Of a stretch of DNA of 64,000 bases, positions 9,465 through 19,200 are shown piece after piece. Made by a program: the position numbers and the translations under genes. Numbering within the stretch: the first letter of the stretch is position 1; each line of letters opens with the position of its first letter. This stretch comes from Phycisphaerae bacterium (GTDB taxonomy: Bacteria; Planctomycetota; Phycisphaerae; Sedimentisphaerales; Anaerohalosphaeraceae). The stretch lies in NCBI GenBank assembly GCA_018052735.1, contig JAGPMT010000004.1, forward strand, positions 96,558-160,557. The letters run 5' to 3'. The notes under the pieces were generated by a model. The model worked only from the letters and a program-made list of their open reading frames with translations, was not told where the DNA came from and ran no database searches.

Positions 9465-10268
9465 TTAGAGTCCTGCTTTGTCGCAAAGAATCACAAAAAA
9501 CTGCATCTGCGGCTTTCGTCCGGCAAGGAGGAAAAGGATTTTGCCTAAGGTGTTTTGCTCAGGCATTTTCCCATTGGGCCCTAAGAGAAGAAATCCGCCT
9601 TCTTCAAGACGAGCCAGAACACGTCCTGCTTCAAGAGGCTTAAAATCTATCGGCTGCTTGCCCATCCGCAGCCGAAGGTCTTCGGCGCCTTTCTGCCAAT
9701 AAGACGGAACAAAGGTCAGCTGAACATGCTTTTCTAATCTGGGATCGGGGCGGGCGAGCATCGTCCATCCGATGAATGTACTGGGGGGCAGTACAATTTC
9801 GTTGATGCGTCCTTGGAATGGGCAGTACAGAAAGGTCAGCCCCTGCTGCTGAAAAGTACTTGATAAAATTTGAATCTCTTCTGGCGGTATCAGCAGTTTG
9901 CTTTGGCTGATGCGGACGGCTCCTATTTCATAAAGCCGCTGGGCAATGCGCGATGCCTCCTGACTTGGGCCCGATGCAATCGCCAGTCCGTTGAGAGCAA
10001 ATACGTCCCTGTTTGCTGTACGAATAGCCTGTTGCGACAGCATGTCATATACGGTTTTCAGCTCATCGGCAGAGGCTGAGTCAAGCACATAGGTTAAAAC
10101 GCGAAGTTCAATTAGGTATTCGGCATTCGGCTTGAAGTTTGCGCTGTCTTTCAAATCAGAGAGTTTTAACCCTTCCACAGGTACCGGCGCCGGCATACTC
10201 TGGGGAGACACAGCGCAGCCCCAAAGCAGTCCGACTCCAGTCATTAAACACACAGCCAATAATCTCAT
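9465..10268 (-). CDS. Lipoprotein of unknown function
   Basis: Lipobox LLWGC at residues 14-18. There is a 1-nt gap to the downstream DUF362 gene, so they are probably one operon. No recognisable domain. Confidence 0.5.
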   Translation of the reverse strand: MRLLAVCLMTGVGLLWGCAVSPQSMPAPVPVEGLKLSDLKDSANFKPNAEYLIELRVLTYVLDSASADELKTVYDMLSQQAIRTANRDVFALNGLAIASGPSQEASRIAQRLYEIGAVRISQSKLLIPPEEIQILSSTFQQQGLTFLYCPFQGRINEIVLPPSTFIGWTMLARPDPRLEKHVQLTFVPSYWQKGAEDLRLRMGKQPIDFKPLEAGRVLARLEEGGFLLLGPNGKMPEQNTLGKILFLLAGRKPQMQFFVILCDKAGL

Positions 10269-10276
10269 GCATTAGG

Positions 10277-10304
10277 ATTTTACTTTTCTTAAAGCAGATG
10301 TCAA
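10277..10304 (-). promoter_or_regulatory. Candidate sigma70 promoter (TTGACA-N16-TAAAAT) giving a near-leaderless mRNA for the lipoprotein/DUF362 operon
   Basis: Minus-strand TTGACA at 10304-10299 and TAAAAT at 10282-10277. The ATG (10268) begins 9 nt after the -10 hexamer, with no Shine-Dalgarno in between. Confidence 0.4.
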
Positions 10305-10326
10305 TGCACCCCCGCAAAAGCCGGCT

Positions 10327-10659
10327 TCAGACACGCAGTTTCGGTAAATCGCAGAATTCTAATGCAAGCGTTTTTTCTGTCGACTCCTGAGAGGTTCCTA
10401 CATCAGAACGCACAACACGGGCATAGCTGGAAAAGCTGCCTCCAAAATCAAGCAGACCTTCCGTGGGAGGAACCGTCATTTCTACACTCAGCAGCTGGCC
10501 ATCGGAAATATCACCGGCCTTCATTTCTACCAGCATCCCGCCGGGGCTGACATTAATCGTGCGGCCTGAATAAATACGACCATCAGAAATGCCTACTTTT
10601 TGGCAAAATATTGATAACTTCAAAGGAAACCTTTTATGTCTCCTTCTTTCTTCTTCCAT
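10327..10659 (-). CDS. PilZ domain protein (c-di-GMP binding type)
   Basis: RRRHKR (RxxxR) and NVSPGG (D/NxSxxG) motifs. AAGGAGG lies 8 nt upstream of ATG 10659. The longer track ORF (to 10725) has no RBS. Confidence 0.65.
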   Translation of the reverse strand: MEEERRRHKRFPLKLSIFCQKVGISDGRIYSGRTINVSPGGMLVEMKAGDISDGQLLSVEMTVPPTEGLLDFGGSFSSYARVVRSDVGTSQESTEKTLALEFCDLPKLRV

Positions 10660-10984
10660 TTTTTCTGCCTCCTTGCAAAAATACGGATACAGAAAAGCAT
10701 TCTCGTAATAATGTGCAAAATACATTCCAGTCTTTCCTTAAAACGAAGAGTCAAACTTGGTGCATGAAAGTCCTGTTTGTAAAACGATTTAAATCTACTT
10801 TAGCAACAATACTCACTAGATTTCTTTATCGGCATTTCCTGTTTTTGTTGATAATAATAAACGCTTTATAATTTAAATAATTTAATACAAAACATTCTAT
10901 GTCATTTTGGTCTTTTAATTTTTTGAAACATATTCTAAGATTTTTAGGATGAGCTGTATATTGTTCTTTTTTTTCAACATATGC

Positions 10985-11013
10985 TTGACAAAATAAATCG
11001 GGTTATGTTCAAT
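10985..11013 (+). promoter_or_regulatory. Candidate sigma70 promoter of the kinase/regulator operon (TTGACA-N17-TTCAAT)
   Basis: Hexamers at 10985-10990 and 11008-11013 in a 420-bp AT-rich intergenic region. Confidence 0.35.
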
Positions 11014-11078
11014 GTTTACTGAAAAGAACATTGTGTTGCGGTTTTGTCTATAAAGAACATCAAATTTGAAAAGCACAA

Positions 11079-12164
11079 ATGTCTATGCATAATCATTCAC
11101 TTCTTCAATTTGATGCATTATGTAAAATGATAGCCGAGCCATTGCATCTTGGACTTATTTCTTTTGACCCCCTGCTGAACATTATTGACTATACACCGTC
11201 TGTCGCCAAATTCGTTTATTTGGAGCCGACCGTCGATTTAGCTTTATTACGCGGCACCGATACAAATATCTGGAAAGACTGGAAATCGCTTCTCTTATCC
11301 TCCCTTCACACAGGCCAAAAGGCAGATTTCGGAACTGTCAAGTATATGCACGAGGGACAAGTTCGTCTGCTGAATCTCTCCTGCCTCCCCGTGCGCAATT
11401 CCGATGCCGCAGATCTTTTGGGGGGAGTTTTGGCATTTCACGATACAACAGAAAAAAACGATATTGAGCATGGATTAGCTCAGGCAGAACGGCTGATTGC
11501 TATTGGAAAAGTAACAGGAAAAGTTGCCCACGAATTGAATAATCCGCTGGATGGAATTTTACGATACGTGAATCTGAGCATGCGGATTATAGAGCAGGGC
11601 CAGCCCCAGAAGGCCATGGAGTATCTTCAGCACTGCCGAACGGGGCTGCAGCGAATGACACAGGTCATCACCGAATTGCTTGAATTTTCCCGAAGCACAC
11701 ATCTGGCATTTGAAACAAGTCCAGTAGATAAGCTTTTGGAAGATGCTTTGCGCGCAATGGAGGGGCTGCTTCGGAATGTTGAGGTGAAGATACAGAGGGA
11801 ATATACAGCCCCCCTGCCGCATCTGAAAAGTGATTCGTTATTCCAGGTTTTCTGCAATCTGATAAAAAATGCAGCCGATGCTATGGAGGGCCGAGGGCAA
11901 TTAACCATCACAATCCGTCAAACATCCAGTGAGTGGCAAATCGAGTTTCGTGATACGGGTCCGGGCATAGATCCCAAACATATGGATGATATTTTCAAGC
12001 CCTTCTTTACCACCAAACCACAGGGCAAGGGCACGGGTTTGGGACTTGCCATCTGTAAAGACATTCTGGCAAAACTTGACGGCCGGATAACTGCCCAAAA
12101 TGCTCCCCAAGGCGGCGGGCTGTTTACTGTATATCTTCCGCTTCACAATCCAAACAGGAGCTGA
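11079..12164 (+). CDS. Cytoplasmic sensor histidine kinase (PAS-like N-terminus, HisKA, HATPase_c)
   Basis: H-box AHELNNPLDGI, N-box NLIKNAADAM, G1 FRDTGPGI, G2 GTGLGLAI. No hydrophobic segments. Confidence 0.8.
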   Translation: MSMHNHSLLQFDALCKMIAEPLHLGLISFDPLLNIIDYTPSVAKFVYLEPTVDLALLRGTDTNIWKDWKSLLLSSLHTGQKADFGTVKYMHEGQVRLLNLSCLPVRNSDAADLLGGVLAFHDTTEKNDIEHGLAQAERLIAIGKVTGKVAHELNNPLDGILRYVNLSMRIIEQGQPQKAMEYLQHCRTGLQRMTQVITELLEFSRSTHLAFETSPVDKLLEDALRAMEGLLRNVEVKIQREYTAPLPHLKSDSLFQVFCNLIKNAADAMEGRGQLTITIRQTSSEWQIEFRDTGPGIDPKHMDDIFKPFFTTKPQGKGTGLGLAICKDILAKLDGRITAQNAPQGGGLFTVYLPLHNPNRS

Positions 12165-12166
12165 TT

Positions 12167-13546
12167 ATGCCAAAAGCTTCAATACTTATTGCCGACGACG
12201 ATGCCATCATTACCAATTCACTCTGTGAATTTCTGACAATGGAGGGATATCAAACTGCAGGTGTCGGAACTGTGGCACAGGCACGGCAGAAACTGAAAGA
12301 GCAGCCTTTTGCACTGGTTATTACGGATGTGAATCTGCCGGATGGGGATGGTTTCGACATTTTGGATATTGTTCGGGCCAATTACCCTCAAACTGTGGTT
12401 CTTTTAATTACCGGCTATGGTACGATTGAAAGCGCTGTTGAGGCCATAAAAAAGGGAGCCTATGATTATCTGACTAAGCCGATTGTGGATGATGACCTGC
12501 TGCTGGCGGTTGAGCGGGCAATTCGTCAGCAGTCTTTAATGAGTGAAAACCAGCAGCTTCGCCAGCAGATTGAAAACAAATACAGATTGAATAATATCAT
12601 CAGCCAGAATTATAAAATGTCGCGAATCTTCGAACTCATAGAAGCTGTCGCCGACAGTAAAACGACCATTTTGATGACAGGTGCTTCCGGCACCGGCAAA
12701 TCGCTGCTGGCCAAAGCCATTCATTTCCGCTCACTCCGCCGCGACCAGCCGTTTGTTGAAGTAAGCTGCGGGGCTCTACCTGAAACGCTGCTGGAGAGCG
12801 AACTGTTCGGGCATGTAAAAGGGGCGTTTACCGGCGCTATCAGCGACAAGGAAGGAAAATTTTTGGCTGCCAACGGCGGTACGATTTTTTTGGATGAAAT
12901 TTCCTCGGCTTCGCCCGCGATGCAGGTAAAACTGCTTCGCGTGCTTCAAGAGCGTCAATTCGAGCCGGTCGGCAGCAACCGCACTATAACGGTAGACACA
13001 CGGGTTATTTTGGCCTCTAACAGGGATTTGGCTGAGGAAGTGAAACAAGGCCGATTTCGAGAAGATTTGTATTACCGGATTAATGTTGTCGCCATCAACC
13101 TCCCGCCGCTGGCCGAACGGATAGGCGATGTGCCGCTGCTGGCTGACCACTTTCTCAAACACTTCTGCCTTGTTCACAACCGCCGCAAGTCAGGTCTGAC
13201 TGACCAAGCCCTTCATTGCCTGCAGAGTTATCACTGGCCGGGAAATGTGCGGGAACTGGAGAACGTTATAGAACGGGCTGTCCTATTAAGCAAAGGACCG
13301 CTGATTGATGTTGAAGACCTGCCGCAAAATGTGGTGCAAAATAGTCATCGTTTAGGGAATTACACGCATCAGAGCTTAAAAGAAGCTCTCGAAGGACCTG
13401 AGCGTGCTATTATTCGAGCTGCGCTGGAAGCCAACAACTGGAATCGGCAGGAAACAGCTAAAGCCCTTGATATCAACCGTACGACACTATACAAAAAAAT
13501 GAAACGCTACGGTCTCGAAGAAGAAGCGCAGCGCATAGGATTGTAA
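12167..13546 (+). CDS. Sigma54-dependent response regulator (REC - AAA+ - Fis-type HTH; NtrC family)
   Basis: REC domain (ILIADDD..VITDVNLPDGDG), Walker A GASGTGKS, the GAFTGA sigma54-contact motif, and C-terminal HTH NWNRQETAKALDINRTTLYKKMKRYGL. It starts 2 nt after the kinase stop. Confidence 0.9.
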   Translation: MPKASILIADDDAIITNSLCEFLTMEGYQTAGVGTVAQARQKLKEQPFALVITDVNLPDGDGFDILDIVRANYPQTVVLLITGYGTIESAVEAIKKGAYDYLTKPIVDDDLLLAVERAIRQQSLMSENQQLRQQIENKYRLNNIISQNYKMSRIFELIEAVADSKTTILMTGASGTGKSLLAKAIHFRSLRRDQPFVEVSCGALPETLLESELFGHVKGAFTGAISDKEGKFLAANGGTIFLDEISSASPAMQVKLLRVLQERQFEPVGSNRTITVDTRVILASNRDLAEEVKQGRFREDLYYRINVVAINLPPLAERIGDVPLLADHFLKHFCLVHNRRKSGLTDQALHCLQSYHWPGNVRELENVIERAVLLSKGPLIDVEDLPQNVVQNSHRLGNYTHQSLKEALEGPERAIIRAALEANNWNRQETAKALDINRTTLYKKMKRYGLEEEAQRIGL

Positions 13547-13603
13547 TAGTCACCGCTGTCCCACATTACAGCTATCAATAATGTGGATACAAGTTGACAA
13601 TAT

Positions 13604-13986
13604 TAACAAGAGCGGGTCTGTAAGCCGAGTTCTGTTCCCCAAAAGGGTGACGGTCATTACACTGGACCGGCCGTTGCCGGCCGGCTCTGCCCAAAAGTTT
13701 CCTTTTCGGCAAGCAACCTACCCGCTGTGAATGTTCGGGCCAAACACACAGCTTCTTGGTCTTGCAGGCGGCGGGGTTTGCCGTGCCGCTGCCGTTACCG
13801 GCAGCGCGGTGCGCTCTTACCGCACCGTTTCACCCTTGCCTGTGCCATGAAAGGCCATCGGCGGTCTATTCTCTGCTGCACTTTCCCGCGGGTCGCCCCG
13901 GGCGGCTGTTAGCCGTCGCCGTGCCCTATCCTGCTCGGACTTTCCTCCGGATGTCTTTCAATCCGGCGACCGTCCGACCCACTCTT
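13604..13986 (-). ncRNA. rnpB: RNase P RNA, bacterial type A
   Basis: The minus strand reads AAGAGUGGGUCGGACGGUCGCCGGAU..CCGGAGGAAAGUCCGAGC..AUAGGGCA..AGUGCAGCAGAGAAUAGACCGCCGAUGGCC..GGCAAGGGUGAAACGGUGCGGUAAGAGCGCACCGCGC..ACAGAACUCGGCUUACAGACCCGCUCUU. These match the universally conserved CR-I to CR-V blocks of E. coli M1 RNA. The P1 stem AAGAGUGGGUC/GACCCGCUCUU closes the molecule. Confidence 0.92.
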
Positions 13987-13993
13987 ATTTTTT

Positions 13994-14023
13994 ATTATAC
14001 CCATTTTGGAACTTTGTTTACAA
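13994..14023 (-). promoter_or_regulatory. rnpB promoter (TTGTAA-N18-TATAAT)
   Basis: Minus-strand TTGTAA at 14023-14018 and consensus TATAAT at 13999-13994. The predicted TSS, 7-8 nt downstream, coincides with the 5' strand of P1. Confidence 0.5.
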
Positions 14024-14074
14024 TCCCTTTTGCAACATATATTGCAGCTTCTTCTATATCTCATCACAAACCTG

Positions 14075-14094
14075 CAATGATATACAATGATATA
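14075..14094 (+). repeat. Exact tandem 10-bp direct repeat CAATGATATA x2 upstream of the glycosidase gene
   Basis: 14075-14084 equals 14085-14094, one helical turn apart, 72-91 nt upstream of ATG 14166. Confidence 0.6.
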
Positions 14095-14165
14095 TTTTGC
14101 TTTATTAAGAACATTAGATATATTAACAGGGGAAAATAGTATGAATCTTTATTAAGGTGTGTCTT

Positions 14166-16082
14166 ATGTCTCAAAAAAAGATTCTTCTGGTACAGATTGT
14201 ATGTTTATTTCTGGTTCTTGATATTTCTTGTGTGTGTTTGTCTGCTGAAATCAATCCCTATGGAATCTGTGCTCATGTTTCCCGCCCCAGTGATCACAAT
14301 CTGGCAGAACAAGAATTTGAACTGATGCGCCAAGCGGGTATTTATTGGGTACGGACTGATTTTGATTGGACTACCGTACAGCAGCAACAGGATGGGCCGT
14401 GGGATTACTCTGTGCTGGATGCAACAGTGAATAAGGCCGAGCAGGCGGGCATACAAATCCTGCCGATTTTAGCTTATGACACGCCGTGGGCGAGGCCGGC
14501 CTATAAACATTTAGATAAATGGATAGAGTATGTTCGCAACACAGTGAGCCGCTACCACCGGCAGCTCCGTTATTGGGAGATCTGGAACGAGCCGGATTTG
14601 GAGCAGTTTTGGAAAGATAAGCCCAATCCTGCAGACTATACTTCCCTGCTGAAAGCTGCATATCAGGAAATCAAAAAAATCGATCCGGAATTAAAGGTTC
14701 TGCTGGGGGGATTGTCAGGCATTCCTTATGAATATATTGAAGGCATCTATCGGGCCGGCGGGAAAGATTTTTTTGACATTATGGCAGTTCATCCCTATCG
14801 ATATCCAGATGCGCCTGAACTAAACTCCCTTAGAAATGATTTGGATAAACTGCGTCAATTGATGAGCCGGTTTGGGGATGCAGATAAGCCTATCTGGATA
14901 ACAGAAATCGGCTGGCCGACACATCAAAATGGAGTTCCTCTTCTGGATGATATTATCCGGTGCGCGCTGAATTATCTGGAACCCAGTCGTAAAAACTGGA
15001 CATTGGCAGTATTAAGTATTCCGGAATATCCGCCGCGATATTCGTATTCGGATGAACGCTTACAGGGAATGCTGCCGGGAGGCGGGCGTATTGTTCATTT
15101 GAACATTGAAACCATAAACTTTTTAAATCCCCAGATACATAACGCCCTTCTGATGCCGCCCGATGAGGCATTCCCTGCCGACTGCTTTGATATTATTGAA
15201 GACTATGTCCGCAAAGGCGGTATTATACTCTTTACACAAGGTGTGCCCCTTTATTACACCATCCGCCAAGACAGTCAAGGAAATTGGACTCGGAATAATG
15301 CAGACTCATCCTATCGGAAACGACTTCATATCGGTTGGGAAGCATGGTGGACCCGCCCCGGCGTCCCGCGGCAGATTTCAACATTATTAGTACCAATAGA
15401 TTTCAGAACCCAAGTACACCTGCCCGGCACCCAAATAACCGCTGAACGATTTCTAACTGATTCTGAGCTGAAGACAGGGGATAAATTTATACCTTTGCTG
15501 GAGGCTGCCGAGGGTGACTATAAAGGCAGTGCAGCGGCAGTTTTTGATTTAGATAGCGACTTAAAAGGCGCTGTTATTGTTTCGGCTTTGATTCAAGACC
15601 TTCGCGGCATTTCGGAAGAGCAGCAAGCCGCTATTCTGCCGCGTGCACTGCTGGCCGCATTGCACAGCGGGGCAGAATGCGTATTCTGGTACAATTTCAG
15701 GGCTTTTGAAAACAATCCCTATTATAATGAAGATCATTTCGGCATCATTCACAAAGATTTGCGTCCAAAGCCTGCGTATTGGGGGATACAATCCCTGACT
15801 CGTGCTCGACCGGCCGGCTCAAAACCGCTGATGGAGAATTGGCAAACTGAAGACTTATTTTATCCCGGCTGGAAACGACCTGATGGGCAGAACGGCTATG
15901 CCGTATGGACTACGGGAAAACCTCGTTATGCGGGATTTCTTGCCGAGGGAAAGATTTCCGGCATGTTCGACAATTCAGGATCGCCTCTTGCGGTTGAGCA
16001 GTCTAATAATATGATTCGCCTTTTTGTAACTGAAACGCCCCTTTATTTGATTGGCCCCGAGAAACTTTTACCAGCCCAGTAA
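14166..16082 (+). CDS. Secreted clan GH-A (TIM-barrel) glycoside hydrolase, GH5/GH39-like, with a ~350-aa C-terminal region of unknown function
   Basis: Signal peptide MSQKKILLVQIVCLFLVLDISCVCLSA. YWEIWNEPD (acid/base NEP motif) and WITEIGWPT (nucleophile Glu). The family assignment is tentative. Confidence 0.65.
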   Translation: MSQKKILLVQIVCLFLVLDISCVCLSAEINPYGICAHVSRPSDHNLAEQEFELMRQAGIYWVRTDFDWTTVQQQQDGPWDYSVLDATVNKAEQAGIQILPILAYDTPWARPAYKHLDKWIEYVRNTVSRYHRQLRYWEIWNEPDLEQFWKDKPNPADYTSLLKAAYQEIKKIDPELKVLLGGLSGIPYEYIEGIYRAGGKDFFDIMAVHPYRYPDAPELNSLRNDLDKLRQLMSRFGDADKPIWITEIGWPTHQNGVPLLDDIIRCALNYLEPSRKNWTLAVLSIPEYPPRYSYSDERLQGMLPGGGRIVHLNIETINFLNPQIHNALLMPPDEAFPADCFDIIEDYVRKGGIILFTQGVPLYYTIRQDSQGNWTRNNADSSYRKRLHIGWEAWWTRPGVPRQISTLLVPIDFRTQVHLPGTQITAERFLTDSELKTGDKFIPLLEAAEGDYKGSAAAVFDLDSDLKGAVIVSALIQDLRGISEEQQAAILPRALLAALHSGAECVFWYNFRAFENNPYYNEDHFGIIHKDLRPKPAYWGIQSLTRARPAGSKPLMENWQTEDLFYPGWKRPDGQNGYAVWTTGKPRYAGFLAEGKISGMFDNSGSPLAVEQSNNMIRLFVTETPLYLIGPEKLLPAQ

Positions 16083-16104
16083 ACTTAAATAAAAAATGCT
16101 GATA

Positions 16105-16146
16105 CCTGCGGCAAATATTTGACAATCCTACAGCCGCAGGTTTTAA
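16105..16146 (+). terminator. Hairpin terminator after the glycosidase gene
   Basis: CCTGCGGC (16105-16112) pairs with GCCGCAGG (16133-16140) and is followed by TTTT. The 20-nt loop is large, so confidence is moderate. Confidence 0.45.
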
Positions 16147-16147
16147 T
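16119..16147 (+). promoter_or_regulatory. Candidate carB promoter (TTGACA-N17-TTTAAT) embedded in the preceding hairpin
   Basis: TTGACA at 16119-16124 (in the hairpin loop) and TTTAAT at 16142-16147. Confidence 0.4.
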
Positions 16148-16206
16148 CCTGAAAATTCTGCATAATACGAAGACCAAAAACCCTAATTCCAGAGAAGAGA
16201 AGAATT

Positions 16207-19200
16207 ATGCCGAAACGCAAGGATATACACAAAGTAATGATTATTGGTTCAGGCCCGATTATTATAGGTCAGGCCTGTGAATTCGATTATTCCGGTACCC
16301 AAGCCTGCAAGGCACTTCGAAAATTGGGGTATCAAATTGTTCTGGTCAATTCCAATCCGGCCACCATAATGACTGATCCCGGTATGGCAGATGTCACCTA
16401 TATTGAGCCGCTAAATCTCGAAAGCATGACCAAAATTATCCAAAAAGAACGCCCTGATGCTCTTCTGCCAAACCTCGGGGGTCAAAGCGGACTTAATCTT
16501 GCCTCGGAATTAGCTAAAGCAGGGGTGCTTGATAAGTATGGGGTAAAGGTTATCGGGGTGCAGGTTGATGCTATTGAACGGGGCGAAGACCGGATCGAGT
16601 TCAAAAAAACTATGGACAAATTGGGTATTGATATGCCCAAAAGTCAGCCGGCCTATTCGGTAGAGGAAGCAGAAGCAATTGCCGGACAAATGGGATTTCC
16701 GCTTGTTATTCGTCCGGCTTACACAATGGGAGGAACCGGCGGGGGTTTAGTTTATAATATGGATGAACTGAAAACCATTGCCGCCCGCGGTATAGCTGCC
16801 AGCTTAGTCGGGCAAATATTGGTTGAGGAGTCGGTTCTGGGATGGGAGGAACTGGAACTGGAGGTTGTCCGCGATGCGAAAGGACAGAAAATTACTGTCT
16901 GCTTTATTGAAAATGTTGATGCAATGGGCATCCATACGGGGGATTCTTACTGCACAGCTCCGATGCTGACTATCAGCCAAGAACTGCAGAACCGGCTTCA
17001 GAAATACTCTTATGATATAGTCGATGCAATCGGAGTTATCGGCGGAACGAATGTTCAATTTGCTCATGACCCCCAAACCGACCGTGTTGTAGTTATCGAA
17101 ATCAATCCGCGGACTTCCCGTTCATCGGCGCTGGCTTCTAAGGCCACGGGGTTTCCTATTGCGATGGTTTCTTCGATGCTGGCCGGCGGCTTAACGCTGG
17201 ATGAGATACCTTACTTGCGAAGCGGCACATTGGAAAAATACACGCCCTCCGGTGACTATGTTGTTGTTAAGTTTGCCCAATGGGCTTTTGAGAAATTCAA
17301 GGGTGCAGAGGATAAGCTCGGCACACAAATGCGGGCTGTCGGCGAAGTGATGAGCATCGGGAAAAATTACAAAGAGGCATTTCAAAAGGCCATTCGTTCG
17401 CTTGAAATCGGCCGGTATGGGCTGGGATTTGCAAAAAATTTTAACTCGCTTTCCTTGGAGGAGCTTCTGCAACGGCTAAATTTTCCAACCAGCGAACGGC
17501 AGTTTTTAATGTATGAAGCCCTTCGCAAGGGTGCTGACATTGACATACTGCATAAGAAGACACATATCAAGAAATGGTTTATCCAGCAGATGAAGGAACT
17601 GGTGGATTTAGAGGAAACCATCCTGAAATACAAAGGCAAACCGCTTCCCGATGCACTTCTCAAGCAGGCCAAGCAGGATGGTTTTGCAGATCGCTATCTG
17701 GCACAGTTGCTTTCTGTTTCAGAAGAAAGTATCCGAAAACAGCGTACCAAGTTGGGTATTGTTGAAGGTTGGGAAGCAGTCCCTGTCAGCGGTGTAGAAA
17801 ACGCGGCGTATTATTTTTCCACTTACAATGCCCCTGACCAAGTCGGCTCATCAAACAGACGAAAAGTAATGGTTTTAGGGGGAGGCCCAAACCGTATCGG
17901 GCAGGGAATTGAATTTGATTACTGCTGTGTCCATGCCGCTTTCACACTGCGTGAAGAAGGATTTGAAACCATTATGGTCAACTGCAATCCGGAAACTGTT
18001 TCTACAGACTATGATACTTCGGATAAACTTTATTTTGAACCCTTGACGGTTGAGGATGTGCTGAGCATTTATGAAAAGGAAAAACCGGAAGGCATTATTG
18101 TCCAATTTGGAGGTCAGACGCCTCTGAATATAGCCCGTCAGTTGGAGGAAGCCGGCGTTAAAATTATCGGCACAACGACCGAAACGATTGATCTGGCAGA
18201 AGACAGGGATCGGTTCAGAATAATGATGGAAAAACTAGGTATCCCCATGCCGCAATCGGGGATGGCCAGCACACTGCAAGGCGCTCTTGAGATTGCTGAA
18301 AAAATCGGGTATCCTTTAATGGTGCGTCCTTCCTATGTCTTGGGAGGGCGGGGGATGGAGGTTATTTACGATGAAGACATGCTGCGGCGGTATGTAGCAG
18401 CGGCAGTCGAGGTCACGCCGGAGCGGCCGATTCTGATTGATAAGTTTCTTGTAAATGCCATTGAAGCAGAAGCAGACGCCATTGCTGACGGCACAGATGC
18501 ATTTGTGCCGGCCGTAATGGAGCATATTGAACTGGCCGGAATCCATTCAGGAGATTCTGCCTGTGTAATACCTCCGGTTTCGATTCCGCAAAAGCATCTG
18601 GATACAATTTATGAATACACACGTAAAATTGCCATTAATCTAAATGTAGTTGGCTTGATGAATATCCAATATGCAATCGCAGACGATGTTGTCTATGTCC
18701 TGGAGGCCAATCCGCGGGCTTCGCGAACGGTTCCCCTGGTATCCAAGGTGTGCGGTTTCCCAATGGCCAAAATTGCCACCCAAGTGATGCTTGGGAAGAA
18801 GCTGTCGGAATTGAATGTAAAACCCAAACGGTTTCTGCATTTCGGCGTTAAAGAGGCGGTCTTCCCCTTCCGAATGTTTCCCGAAGTTGACCCACTTCTG
18901 GGACCAGAGATGCGATCGACTGGGGAAGTCCTCGGTTTGGCCGACTCGTTCGGACTGGCATTCTTTAAGGCACAGGAAGCCGCTCAGGAAACCCTTCCTC
19001 TTTCAGGGACGGTCTTGATAACAGTTGCCGAACAGGATAAAGCCTATATTGCTGAAACAGCGAGGCGGTTTGCGGAGATGGGATTTAAGATTCTTGCGAC
19101 AGATGGGACACATCGTTTTCTGACAGGCAAGGGAATTGCGTCCGAACGTATTCTAAAACTCTACGAAGGCCGGCCGAATATTATTGACCGAATTAAAAAT

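Noticed and set aside
13567-13590. Hairpin CCACATTA-N8-TAATGTGG between the response regulator stop and the rnpB 3' end, considered as a shared terminator
   Set aside because: It is AT-rich and only 8 bp, with no U-tract on either strand. The evidence is too weak to annotate.
13727-14139. Track ORFs 13727-13912 and 13756-14139 (+), Arg/Pro/Cys-rich
   Set aside because: They lie on top of the RNase P RNA gene (minus strand) and its promoter. Their GC-rich open frames are a by-product of the structured RNA. They have no RBS and no protein-like composition.
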